The translations under genes were made by a program, and so were the position numbers. A stretch of 62,496 nt of DNA, counting the filler. It is 8 parts of 8 records of this genome, joined end to end, with 100 filler letters (N's around TTAATTAATTAA, not from the genome) between each part and the next. Parts side by side here need not be neighbours in the genome. Positions count along the whole stretch, not along the records: positions 34,072 to 40,138 come from SRR31147125_115947; positions 40,239 to 47,356 come from SRR31147125_115991; 6 more parts are not named here. One strand, 5' to 3'. Positions 36,881 to 45,950 of this stretch are shown piece after piece. Below the pieces are notes generated by a model that saw nothing but the letters and a program-made list of their open reading frames with translations, was not told the DNA's origin and did not search any database. How positions within the stretch are numbered: the first letter of the stretch is position 1; every line of letters begins with the position of its first letter.

Positions 36881-39687
36881 TCGGCACCTCCCAATGAGTA
36901 GTTCGTCGTATTCAGTTCATCAAACCAGGGGCCTTGCGGGTCCATTTTCGGTTTTGACCAGGCTTCATACATAATTTCATAACAGCGGTTGATATCGATA
37001 GTGTAATCCGGCATATGCACCACAGCCCCGCCGTCACCCAATGTCAAATAACCGGCCTCAATCTCCTTGGGAGTCGCGGTAATAGCCACTTCCCTGTCGT
37101 GAAACAGTTCAGGGTATGAAATGTAGAGCGCCGGCAGCAGGTCCCAGAGGTAATCCTGCGCATCTTCAAGCTGATCGGCACTGGAAAGCAGCAGCTCTTT
37201 CATGATGAAGTACTGACGTCTGTCCATTGCCGCGATCGGAGCCAGTTCCGTAAATCCAAAAGGAAATGCGAAACAGATATGAGCATTGAAGATAACAACC
37301 GGGCATTCCGCTCTGAACACCATCCAGGCAGCTTCACCATCTCCCGAAAAATTCACTTCACCGACATTCGTCCAGCCTTTGTAGGGCAGACGATACAGGT
37401 AGCCGCCCATGGTGACGAGCTGTTTCAGATGTCCGAAAAAACCGGTATCATCCTGCTGAGCAACTTTCAAATTGGCCAGCGGGCCTATGGCAATCAGTTC
37501 GATTTCACCGGGATATTCCGCGGCTTTCTCCGCCAGAAATTGGGATGCTTCCGTTACTGCTCCGTCGTAGCCGGCAGCTCCCTTCAGTACCGGGATGTCA
37601 TTTCGCCCCAGCTGGTCCATAAGCCAGCATGTTGCCGGATAGACATCATCGATGGTGCTGTTTCCAAAGGTGGTGGTTATGCCCACAATTTCAATATCGT
37701 CGCGGCCAAGCAGATAGAGGATGGTTTGCCCGTCATCAATGGGTTTTCCGGGAACACCGAATGTATTGTCGCAGTCGATAATCACTTTATGCTTCAATCT
37801 GTAATTCCTCTTCTCAACCTTGTCCTCTGAAGATTTTTTCATCAATTCAGGGGCAGTCTTACCGTCAATATTTACTATATGTTCATCCGCGCCGGCCGCA
37901 ACCAGCATTTCGTATATTTTTTTGTGTCCAAAAGCCGCTGCTTTGTGAAGCGGTGTTCCTTCATAACGGGTATTCCAGAGTTGTGTCGCCAGTCTGTTCA
38001 CATCGACTTCCTGCTCTATCAGGTAGGCGGTGGATTCCTGGTAACCGCGCTCAACGGCATCGTGCAGCAGGCTCTGGCCGCAGATTCCAACTGAACCGAG
38101 CTGAACCTGGTTTGCCTGCAGCAGTTTCAGCATAGCGAGAAATCGTGTATCGCCGGTTTTTTCCTCGATTTCACGTAAGACAGACTGCGGCTGATTCAGC
38201 TGCCGGGAAAAGGTGAGTATTTCTACCACGATATCTGCATACTCTTTTCTCAGCGCATCATGGATTGCTGTCCAGCCCTCTCCCTCTGCCAGGTCGGCAT
38301 CCGTACCGTTATCCAGCAGGATACGTACACATGTCAGTTGGTTTTTCCAGGCCGCGAAATGAAGGGGCGTCGTTTCATTCTCATCCCGCGCGTTCGGGTC
38401 TGCTCCAAACAGCAGCAACATGCTCATGGCATCGGCTGATCCAGAAGCGGCAGCAATATGCATTGCTGTTTTACCATCCTGACCTTGCGCGTCCGGTTGT
38501 ATACCGTTATTCAAAAATTCCAGAACTTTTTCCCAGGCACCATCATGCGCGGCTGAAACCAGGTCGCTTTCCTGTTGTCCTTCCTCAGCAGCAACTCCAA
38601 AGAACAGCTGTTGCTGATTACACGCAACGGTGTGGAGACTGCGGTATCTGCGCATGGTAAGTCCGGTCAATTTTTCTGCCAGTGATTTGAGGGATGGAGC
38701 AGGATTCACCTTCTCTATCAGATCAATCCACTCCTGCTTTATAGCGGACGCGCCGTGCAGTGCACCCGCCACAGCTCCGCCGACTGCCGCTGAACTATCA
38801 TTATCCCGACCGAAATTGACACAGCCGATCACAGTTTCCGCAAAATCGCCCCGGGCGGCACAGAACATGGCAGCGGCAAGCGCCAGCGACTCACTGCCGT
38901 CCGCGAAAAATGGCTGCACCAGCGCGTCATAGAGCTGCTGCCGCAGATCATCCACAGATGCTACTCCAGCCCCCATTTCAACGGCTGTTCGGACCATCTG
39001 CTCGCTTTTCACGGCGACCACGGGATAGAGATTGCTGTTTCGCCAGCCGGATGCTTCTATCTCGCGTTTATAGGCACCGCAGGCCTGAAAAGCCTCTTCC
39101 ATTATCTGCTGCCAGGTAATTTCGGGCTGCATGGCTGCCGCGATCATAGCTGCCGCGAAAGCGGATGCGGTTCGCGCGGTACCGGTTGACAGATAGAGAT
39201 TTTTGAACACATGAGCGAAAGCTTCTTTCGGAGATGCCGGAAAAATTGCCCCGAGAGAAGCTATGCCCATAATGCCGCCGTTAGTCGGTCTGCCGCCGAA
39301 CACCTCTTTTTCATCGCCGTAGATTCCTTTGAGGTAGTACTCCTCAATGAATCCCCGTTCCATATCGCTTTCGGCAGTGAAATAGTATTCGGCAAGCACG
39401 TGGGTGATATCACCCTTTTTCGGCAGCCCGCCGGCATGCAGAGCTGCTTTACCCAGCAGTATTGAAATGCGGGTATCATCGGTGTAGGCACCTGCTTCTT
39501 TGGAGAATGGACCATGATAACTGGGGGTTACTTCGCTGTACGGCAGCAGTGAATCCACTCTGCCGTATCGTTCGGCTATCTCCGTGAAATGCAGACCTTC
39601 AACCGGACCGCCCATGGCATCGCCAATCGCGCTTCCGATCAGAGCTCCGTATATTCTGTCAAACAGTTTATTTGCTTCCACCTGCAA
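36877..39687 (-). CDS. Fusion: ADP-ribosylglycohydrolase + ~6 ankyrin repeats + inosine/uridine-preferring nucleoside hydrolase
   Basis: One uninterrupted 936-aa ORF. AIGDAMG, YTDDT, NGGIM and GRDNDS (ARH); TAMHIAA, TPLHFAA, TPLHKAA (ankyrin); IIDCDNTFG...IDDG, IAIGPLANL, EVNF, LWDL (NH). Confidence 0.9.
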   Translation of the reverse strand: MQVEANKLFDRIYGALIGSAIGDAMGGPVEGLHFTEIAERYGRVDSLLPYSEVTPSYHGPFSKEAGAYTDDTRISILLGKAALHAGGLPKKGDITHVLAEYYFTAESDMERGFIEEYYLKGIYGDEKEVFGGRPTNGGIMGIASLGAIFPASPKEAFAHVFKNLYLSTGTARTASAFAAAMIAAAMQPEITWQQIMEEAFQACGAYKREIEASGWRNSNLYPVVAVKSEQMVRTAVEMGAGVASVDDLRQQLYDALVQPFFADGSESLALAAAMFCAARGDFAETVIGCVNFGRDNDSSAAVGGAVAGALHGASAIKQEWIDLIEKVNPAPSLKSLAEKLTGLTMRRYRSLHTVACNQQQLFFGVAAEEGQQESDLVSAAHDGAWEKVLEFLNNGIQPDAQGQDGKTAMHIAAASGSADAMSMLLLFGADPNARDENETTPLHFAAWKNQLTCVRILLDNGTDADLAEGEGWTAIHDALRKEYADIVVEILTFSRQLNQPQSVLREIEEKTGDTRFLAMLKLLQANQVQLGSVGICGQSLLHDAVERGYQESTAYLIEQEVDVNRLATQLWNTRYEGTPLHKAAAFGHKKIYEMLVAAGADEHIVNIDGKTAPELMKKSSEDKVEKRNYRLKHKVIIDCDNTFGVPGKPIDDGQTILYLLGRDDIEIVGITTTFGNSTIDDVYPATCWLMDQLGRNDIPVLKGAAGYDGAVTEASQFLAEKAAEYPGEIELIAIGPLANLKVAQQDDTGFFGHLKQLVTMGGYLYRLPYKGWTNVGEVNFSGDGEAAWMVFRAECPVVIFNAHICFAFPFGFTELAPIAAMDRRQYFIMKELLLSSADQLEDAQDYLWDLLPALYISYPELFHDREVAITATPKEIEAGYLTLGDGGAVVHMPDYTIDINRCYEIMYEAWSKPKMDPQGPWFDELNTTNYSLGGAE

Positions 39688-39740
39688 TATTCCTTTTCTC
39701 TATCCTTGATTATCCAATTTCTCACTAGTAAAGTTGTAAT

Positions 39741-40138
39741 TCAGTCTTTCAGGTACATCTCAGCCTTAGGCAGTTCCAGCACCTTCAATCCCTTCCATGC
39801 CGCAAATTCACGCAGCGCGGCTTCATGATGTCCGCGCATGATGGGATAATGGTGCTCAAATCCATATTTCGCGACACCTTCCAGAAAATCCGCGCAGGAC
39901 ACTGATTTTCCGTCACACATCATATTCCCGATCCATCCACCTGACCCGGGGTACGGATCTGCTGGACCGCTTACTACTTCACCTTCAACGATAAAGAGTG
40001 AGCTGCCGTCGCCACTGACATGCAGCATGGTGACCGCACCCTTTTTAAATGATATATCTGATGAGAGTCCCGATTTTCGGGCTCCTTCAGGTATACGGCG
40101 GTTCAGGGTATGGTGATAATCAAGAGTCTGCCCTTTTC
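39741..40138 (-). CDS. L-fucose/L-arabinose isomerase family, C-terminal part (5' truncated)
   Basis: GLSSDISFKKGAVTMLHV...FIVEGEVV...GFEHHYPIMRGH. The terminal HH motif is typical of the FucI/AraA C-terminal domain. Confidence 0.65.
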
Positions 40139-40238
40139 NNNNNNNNNNNNNNNNNNNNNNNNNNNNNNNNNNNNNNNNNNNNTTAATTAATTAANNNNNN
40201 NNNNNNNNNNNNNNNNNNNNNNNNNNNNNNNNNNNNNN

Positions 40239-40837
40239 GAACTCTGCGCTACGATAAGAATGGGGAAGAACATTACAACCTGATATCAGCGCTGCACAAG
40301 AGCCTCAGGGATTCTGACCCGGACGGGGCACTTTACTGGTACTACCGGATGATTGAGGCTGGAGAAGACCCGCTGTACATTGGCAGAAGGCTGGTCCGGT
40401 TCGCATCCGAAGACATCGGTATCGCCGATCCCCAGGCCCTGGTCCAGGCCATGGCCTGTCGCGACGCGTACCACATCCTTGGTACCCCGGAAGGCGAGCT
40501 GGCACTGGCCCAGGCGGTCGCTTATCTGGCGACCGCCCCCAAAAGCAATGCCGTTTACAGCGCTTCGAAACAGATCCGTAAACTCATTCACAAAACGGGT
40601 TCACTGCCCGTACCTATGCATATCCGTAATGCACCGACATCTTTAATGAAATCTCTAGGATACGGGAAAGGATACAAGTACGCCCACGACAACCGGGACG
40701 GTATTGTCAACCAGGATCATCTGCCCGATAAAATCAGCGGCATCTCCTTCTATCAACCGACAAACCGAGGGTATGAAGCCGTTGTCAAAGACCGGCTGGA
40801 AAAATGGCGTAAAATTTTACAAAAGAAAAAACAATGA
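40239..40837 (+). CDS. rarA: Replication-associated recombination protein A (5' truncated)
   Basis: YDKNGEEHYNLISALHKSLR, RFASEDIG, APKSN, HIRNAPT, YGKGYKYAHD. Confidence 0.95.
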
Positions 40838-41961
40838 ACAAATCACTCCTCTCACTCCTTGCGCTTGCGACTCTCTTATTCATCCCCTTCCCCGTCTCGG
40901 CAAAGTCGATTGAAGAACCGCATCAGGTCCTTATGCTGTTCTCGAACAACGTGCACGGTGAACTCGAACCATGCGGCTGAGGATCCAATCGCCTGGGCGG
41001 TCTGTCCAGGAAAAGCGGGAAGATTTCTGATCTGGAGCGCAACTCTGACATTGTCCCCGTCCTGGTAGACAGTGGAAACCTCCTCTTCAAAAATGCCAGT
41101 GTCGATACGGCTAATCCGGCACAATTATTAACCGCAGAAGCAATCGCAGAGAGCTATGCGGCAATGGGATACGATGGCGTCGGGATCGGTGCCCGGGATC
41201 TGGGGGGTGGTCTTGAACTGCTGCAGAAAACTGAAGATCTGGGCCTGCCGCTGTTATCGGTAAATCTCTACGATAAAGATGGACAGCGACTATTTGCTCC
41301 ATACCGGGTAGTTGAGAGGTCAGGACTGAACATCGGCATTATCGCCGTCACTGGTCTGAATCCTGGAGTCGATGAATTTCTGATCCGTGAGGCGGAGTCA
41401 GAACTTGAAACGGTCCTGCCAGATCTGGAGACACGTTCCGACATGATCGTCCTCTTGTCAAGCCTGCCATACAAGCAGACCCTCTCGATCGTCAGTCGAT
41501 TCGAGCAGATCGACATTGCGGTAAGCGCCGACCGGTCAAAGGGAAACCTCATCCCCGTGCATAGCGGCAATGCGCTCGTCCTACAGACATCCTCACGCGG
41601 ACAGTATCTCGGAGTTCTGGAAGCCACCGTGCGAAGCGGTCCCTGGATGAAAAACAGGGACAACGAGGCGGCAAAACTGAAGCGGCAACTTCAGAACGTA
41701 ACCATGCGGCTCAACCATCTGCAAACCCTCCCCCCCGAGGCACAGGCAGGCAGAGAGGAGAAGCTGAACAAACAGAGCAGCCAGCTTCGAGAAAAAATTG
41801 CGGAGATAGAGGAGGGACCCGTCTCTGCCGGACAGGATCACCTCAGCACCTACCGGAATCGCTACCTGCCCCTGTCACAATCGACCAGACAGGACACGCG
41901 TGTGCAGGGAATAGTGGATCAATTCAAGAAACAGATCCGTACGACAAATCGTACACCGTAG
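40834..41961 (+). CDS. UshA-like selenoprotein (375 aa, CGU motif, Sec at codon 49)
   Basis: ATG overlaps the rarA stop. Signal peptide, then FSNNVHGELEPCG-TGA(40978-40980)-GSNRLGGLSR, continuing in frame into ORF 41164-41961. SECIS-like hairpin directly downstream of the TGA. Confidence 0.85.
40992..41010 (+). promoter_or_regulatory. Bacterial SECIS element
   Basis: CCTGGGC-GGTCT-GTCCAGG, a 7-bp stem starting 11 nt after the UGA. The apical GGUCU matches the E. coli fdhF SECIS loop sequence. Confidence 0.8.
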
Positions 41962-42037
41962 CTACACACGACAGTTGCACTCGAGCAAGGTATGCTACTG
42001 TCAGGTACGCAATAGATCGTACTAACAAGCAGGCGGC

Positions 42038-42070
42038 AAAAAAAAAGGCCCGGTTCTGATGAACCGGGCC
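42038..42070 (-). terminator. Rho-independent terminator after ppaC
   Basis: Perfect 10-bp stem GGCCCGGTTC-TGAT-GAACCGGGCC with a T9 tail on the minus strand. Confidence 0.9.
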
Positions 42071-42097
42071 ATGAATAACCAGCTTAGCAGGGTGCCG

Positions 42098-43027
42098 TTA
42101 GCAACCAAAAGCCTCCTGGAGATTCGGAACAGTCTGCTTCTTGCGGCTCATCATTCCGTCAATCCACATGGATGCGTTCTCGAGTTTACCGTTGAATGCC
42201 TTCTCGATCAATGCGGTATCGTCGGAGAGAACAACCAGGTCGGTTCCTTCTTTTACAACGTCGGTGAGCATCAGCAGTACGGTATGCCGTCCATCAGCCT
42301 TGACCTCTTCCATTGCCCCCATCAGCGCATCACGGACATCGGCAACCTGATCGATGGTCGCCAGTTCGAGCTGCCCTACACCAACTTTATTGCCGTTCAT
42401 ATCGAAATCCTTGTAATCTCTGAACAGCAGGTCTTTAGCGGGAACGCCGGCAACAGCTGATTTTGCCTTGAGCATGTCCATGAACAGCGCATCAGTGTCT
42501 TCGACGCCGGCGATACCTTTCAGCTCTCCGACTGCAACCTTGTCTTCCTCGGTGCAGGTGGGCGATTTAAAATTAACGGTATCCGAGAGAATAGCGCAGA
42601 GCATTGCGCCGGCGACGTCCTTCGGAATCTCAACGCCGGCGTCCTTGTACATCTTGGTAAGGACAGTGCCGGTGCAGCCTACGGGTTCAGCCCGGAAAAG
42701 AATCGGGTTGTTGGTGGTCACATCGCCGATCTTGTGGTGATCGACAATCGCGACCACTTCAGCGTCACCAAGATTTGCAGGTCCCTGTCCAATGTCGCTG
42801 AAATCAACCAGGGCGACCTGCTTGCCTGCCGCGTCGGAGATATATTCAGGAGCAGTGAGGCCAAAACGCTCGAGTACGAGCGTTGACTCGGGATTGAGAT
42901 CGCCGAGCTCACACTGCATACATGCTTTTGCATCGGTGCCCTGGGCATTGAGCAGCGTTGCATAGGAAATTGCAGACGTTACAGAATCGGTATCCGGGTT
43001 CGAGTGTCCAACTACACATACAGTCAT
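42098..43027 (-). CDS. ppaC: Manganese-dependent (family II) inorganic pyrophosphatase
   Basis: GHSNPDTDS, VDHH, EPVGCTGT, AILSDT, DYKDF, MSRKKQ. GGAGG RBS precedes the ATG at 43027. Confidence 0.95.
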   Translation of the reverse strand: MTVCVVGHSNPDTDSVTSAISYATLLNAQGTDAKACMQCELGDLNPESTLVLERFGLTAPEYISDAAGKQVALVDFSDIGQGPANLGDAEVVAIVDHHKIGDVTTNNPILFRAEPVGCTGTVLTKMYKDAGVEIPKDVAGAMLCAILSDTVNFKSPTCTEEDKVAVGELKGIAGVEDTDALFMDMLKAKSAVAGVPAKDLLFRDYKDFDMNGNKVGVGQLELATIDQVADVRDALMGAMEEVKADGRHTVLLMLTDVVKEGTDLVVLSDDTALIEKAFNGKLENASMWIDGMMSRKKQTVPNLQEAFGC

Positions 43028-43343
43028 CGTGATTCCTCCAGTAATTTTTTTAATGTTTAACACTTCAAATTAAAGCCATCACGGCTTAAATAAATCGTCA
43101 AAATAGCCTCTTAAAATAGTGTTTTCATCAGCTTGAGTCAAGTATAAAAGGGATGTAAAAACCCTAACGTATTCCTGTTTACCTCCCCGTATTTTCTTAG
43201 CTAACCCATTGAAAAGGTATCGGTTTAAGAGCGAATGAACGACATTTCCCTCGTGACTTCTCCAAGTCAAACCGGTATATTGGCACATGATGCCTCGAAT
43301 TTCAGCCTGATAAACACTGACAGCGAAGGTTTACCGGTACACA

Positions 43344-44342
43344 ATGAAAGAACAATCAATGGCACACCCTCCTCGAAACAGTTCCCAGAGAGGCTTCGCC
43401 TCCTATGTCGTAATCGCGCTATTAACCGTAATTATTATCGTACTGCTGTCTGTCTTCTTTTTTGCGCCTGATACCGTTACGAAGTTCAGCCAGACGGCCT
43501 TTCAATCTGCTGACCGGGGTCAAAACGATCAACCGGATGGTGACGAACCTGCGGTTAGGAACGGACCCTCCGGAGATAGTGCCGGGCAGGTCGAACTTTC
43601 AGATACGAAACTTTCCGGATCCCCCCTCCCGGACACCGAAGATTCAGACATACCGGGTATCGAAGAGAACAAGGATAATGAAACGGGTGAAGCAGCGACA
43701 CCTGCGTCCGGCAGGACGGATGAAGCCTACGAATCCCTCGCGGTCAATATAGATTCATTTTTTGAATCGCTGGACTCGAGGGACTACATCCGGGAATTCC
43801 AACTCGATGCTCCCAGCAACGAGTATTTTCCGGCTCTTATTCAGACTCTCGTCAACAATCCGCCCGTGGTGAGCGGTGAAACCGACGACCTTTTCACCAT
43901 CCTGCAGAACACCGCCCATTTTTTCCGAATTCTTGGTAAAAAAAACATTCTTCTGCTCAAAGGAATTCTCGACCGCGAACGAGATACATTCGAACGGACA
44001 CTTGCTGATTTTTATCTGCTCACCGACAGTCCGGATACCTTGAAGAATCACTTCAACCTCACCATCGGTCAGGATGAGCTCTATGCCTATGCCGGTTTTC
44101 TCAATACGATGGGAGGCCGTCTCTACCTGTTCCGCCGGGATTCCATGTCCCGCATGGTTGTCAATTTCTATGCGATCCAGGTCATCGACCGTGCCAATAG
44201 AGCAGGGCGTAATAAATACGGGATCGAAATCAAGGATGCTATCGACAATCTGATTCTCGAAATTGAGTCCAGCCGAATCAAGCTGAAAATGAGAGAAACC
44301 TATCTGGACACGCTGTACGATTTAAAGATCAGATACCAATAA
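43344..44342 (+). CDS. Hypothetical membrane-anchored protein
   Basis: 332-aa ORF with one N-terminal TM helix, an acidic linker and a helical C-terminal domain. No family recognised. Confidence 0.7.
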   Translation: MKEQSMAHPPRNSSQRGFASYVVIALLTVIIIVLLSVFFFAPDTVTKFSQTAFQSADRGQNDQPDGDEPAVRNGPSGDSAGQVELSDTKLSGSPLPDTEDSDIPGIEENKDNETGEAATPASGRTDEAYESLAVNIDSFFESLDSRDYIREFQLDAPSNEYFPALIQTLVNNPPVVSGETDDLFTILQNTAHFFRILGKKNILLLKGILDRERDTFERTLADFYLLTDSPDTLKNHFNLTIGQDELYAYAGFLNTMGGRLYLFRRDSMSRMVVNFYAIQVIDRANRAGRNKYGIEIKDAIDNLILEIESSRIKLKMRETYLDTLYDLKIRYQ

Positions 44343-44408
44343 CCGGCGGGACGCACGGAGCGTAGGGTTATACCAGGCAACCTAAGTCAGACAACCACAT
44401 GGCCGGAT

Positions 44409-45716
44409 ATGAGTGACGCAGACTTTAACCAAACATTATTCTCCTTCATCGAGTCAAGCCCCACTCCTTACCACGCCGCTCAAACAGTCGCCGCCGCACT
44501 GGAGCGTGCTGGTTTCGAACAAATCGAAGAACATACCCGTTGGAAACTCGAGGGGGGAGGCAAGTACCTGGTCGTAAGAAACGGGTCGGTAGCAGCATTT
44601 TCACTCTCTCAAGCGTACAGTACCGATGCCGGGTTCAGAATCATCGGTGCGCACACGGACAGCCCGGCTCTCCAGGTGAAGCCACACCCGCGTCAGGGGA
44701 ATCTGCCATACCTCCAGTTCGGCGTTGAAAAATACGGAGGAGCAATCCTCTCCAGCTGGCTCGATCGAGAACTGTCCCTTGCCGGAAGAATTACCGGACT
44801 CACCGCCAAAGGTGAAATTGTAACGTACCTTATCGATTTCAAACGCCCGCTCCTGACGATCCCCAGCCTCGCAATACATTTAAACAGGACGGCGAACGAC
44901 GAACTCAAGATCAATGCGCAGACCGAACTGTGTCCGGTACTGTCTCAGACAGCAGTCGACGGGGACGACTGGAATCAGCTGTTGATCGAACAGGTCAAGA
45001 CGCAATATACGGAGCATCCGCTCCAATCGGTACTCGGCCACGACCTATTCTGTTACGACTGCTCCCCTCCCCGGTTGTTCGGCACCCATGACGACTTCAT
45101 CTGCGGTCCGCGGCTCGACAACCTGCTGAGCTGTTTTATTGGGTTTCAGGCCATTCAACACTGCCATGATGATGCCAACTGCATGTTCATCTTCAATAAT
45201 CACGAAGAAATCGGCTCCATGAGCGAAAGCGGTGCGCTCTCAAACTTCGGCTCGCTGCTGATTGACAGAATTGTCGATGGTACCGAACGGCGCGCAATCT
45301 GCCTCAATCGCTCATTTCTCTTATCCCTGGACAATGCACACGCGACTCACCCCAACTATTCCGCAAAAAGCGACAACGATCATCTCGTGCTTCTCAACAA
45401 AGGACCGGTGATCAAGAACAATAGCTCGCGGCGTTATTGTTCTCATGCTCAGAGCAGCGCCCTGTTCAGGCTTATCTGCTCAGAGGTGGGTGTTGAAACA
45501 CAGGATTTCGTGATGCGCAGCGATATGCCGTGCGGTTCAACGATCGGACCGCTTACCACGTCATCACTGGGGGTGGATGGTATCGATGTCGGTGCCGCCA
45601 CCTGGGCAATGCATTCCATCCGGGAAGTAACCGGCTCGCGGGACCCGCAATTCCTTGCGTATGCCGTTGAGCATTTTTTTGATCGTGATACTTTTCCAAC
45701 CATATCAATTTTTTAG
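44409..45716 (+). CDS. apeB: M18 family aminopeptidase
   Basis: SPTPYHA, GAHTDSP, SWLDRELS, PSLAIHL, RLDNL, HEEIGS, DNAHATHPNY, CGSTIGP, MHSIRE. Confidence 0.93.
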   Translation: MSDADFNQTLFSFIESSPTPYHAAQTVAAALERAGFEQIEEHTRWKLEGGGKYLVVRNGSVAAFSLSQAYSTDAGFRIIGAHTDSPALQVKPHPRQGNLPYLQFGVEKYGGAILSSWLDRELSLAGRITGLTAKGEIVTYLIDFKRPLLTIPSLAIHLNRTANDELKINAQTELCPVLSQTAVDGDDWNQLLIEQVKTQYTEHPLQSVLGHDLFCYDCSPPRLFGTHDDFICGPRLDNLLSCFIGFQAIQHCHDDANCMFIFNNHEEIGSMSESGALSNFGSLLIDRIVDGTERRAICLNRSFLLSLDNAHATHPNYSAKSDNDHLVLLNKGPVIKNNSSRRYCSHAQSSALFRLICSEVGVETQDFVMRSDMPCGSTIGPLTTSSLGVDGIDVGAATWAMHSIREVTGSRDPQFLAYAVEHFFDRDTFPTISIF

Positions 45717-45950
45717 ACATCGCAGTACCACATCGTGGCGATTGACTTTCGAGCACGTTTACGGTAGCAAATAGAATACGGAATGGGATCCTATATTAGT
45801 AAGAATATTCATTTTCTATGCAGATCTCGCGCAGTCGGCTTAAGCGGGTCCGAAAACTTTCAGAGTCCAAGACGATGTCCATGCATCGTCTTGTATATGT
45901 TTTATTAACTTTGTTTCACACAACCACTAATTCTGACTAAAGGAGGAACC

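Noticed and set aside
45800-45900. Possible cyclic-dinucleotide riboswitch upstream of extKL
   Set aside because: I could not match the conserved GEMM stem and tetraloop-receptor pattern. An Infernal/Rfam scan would decide.
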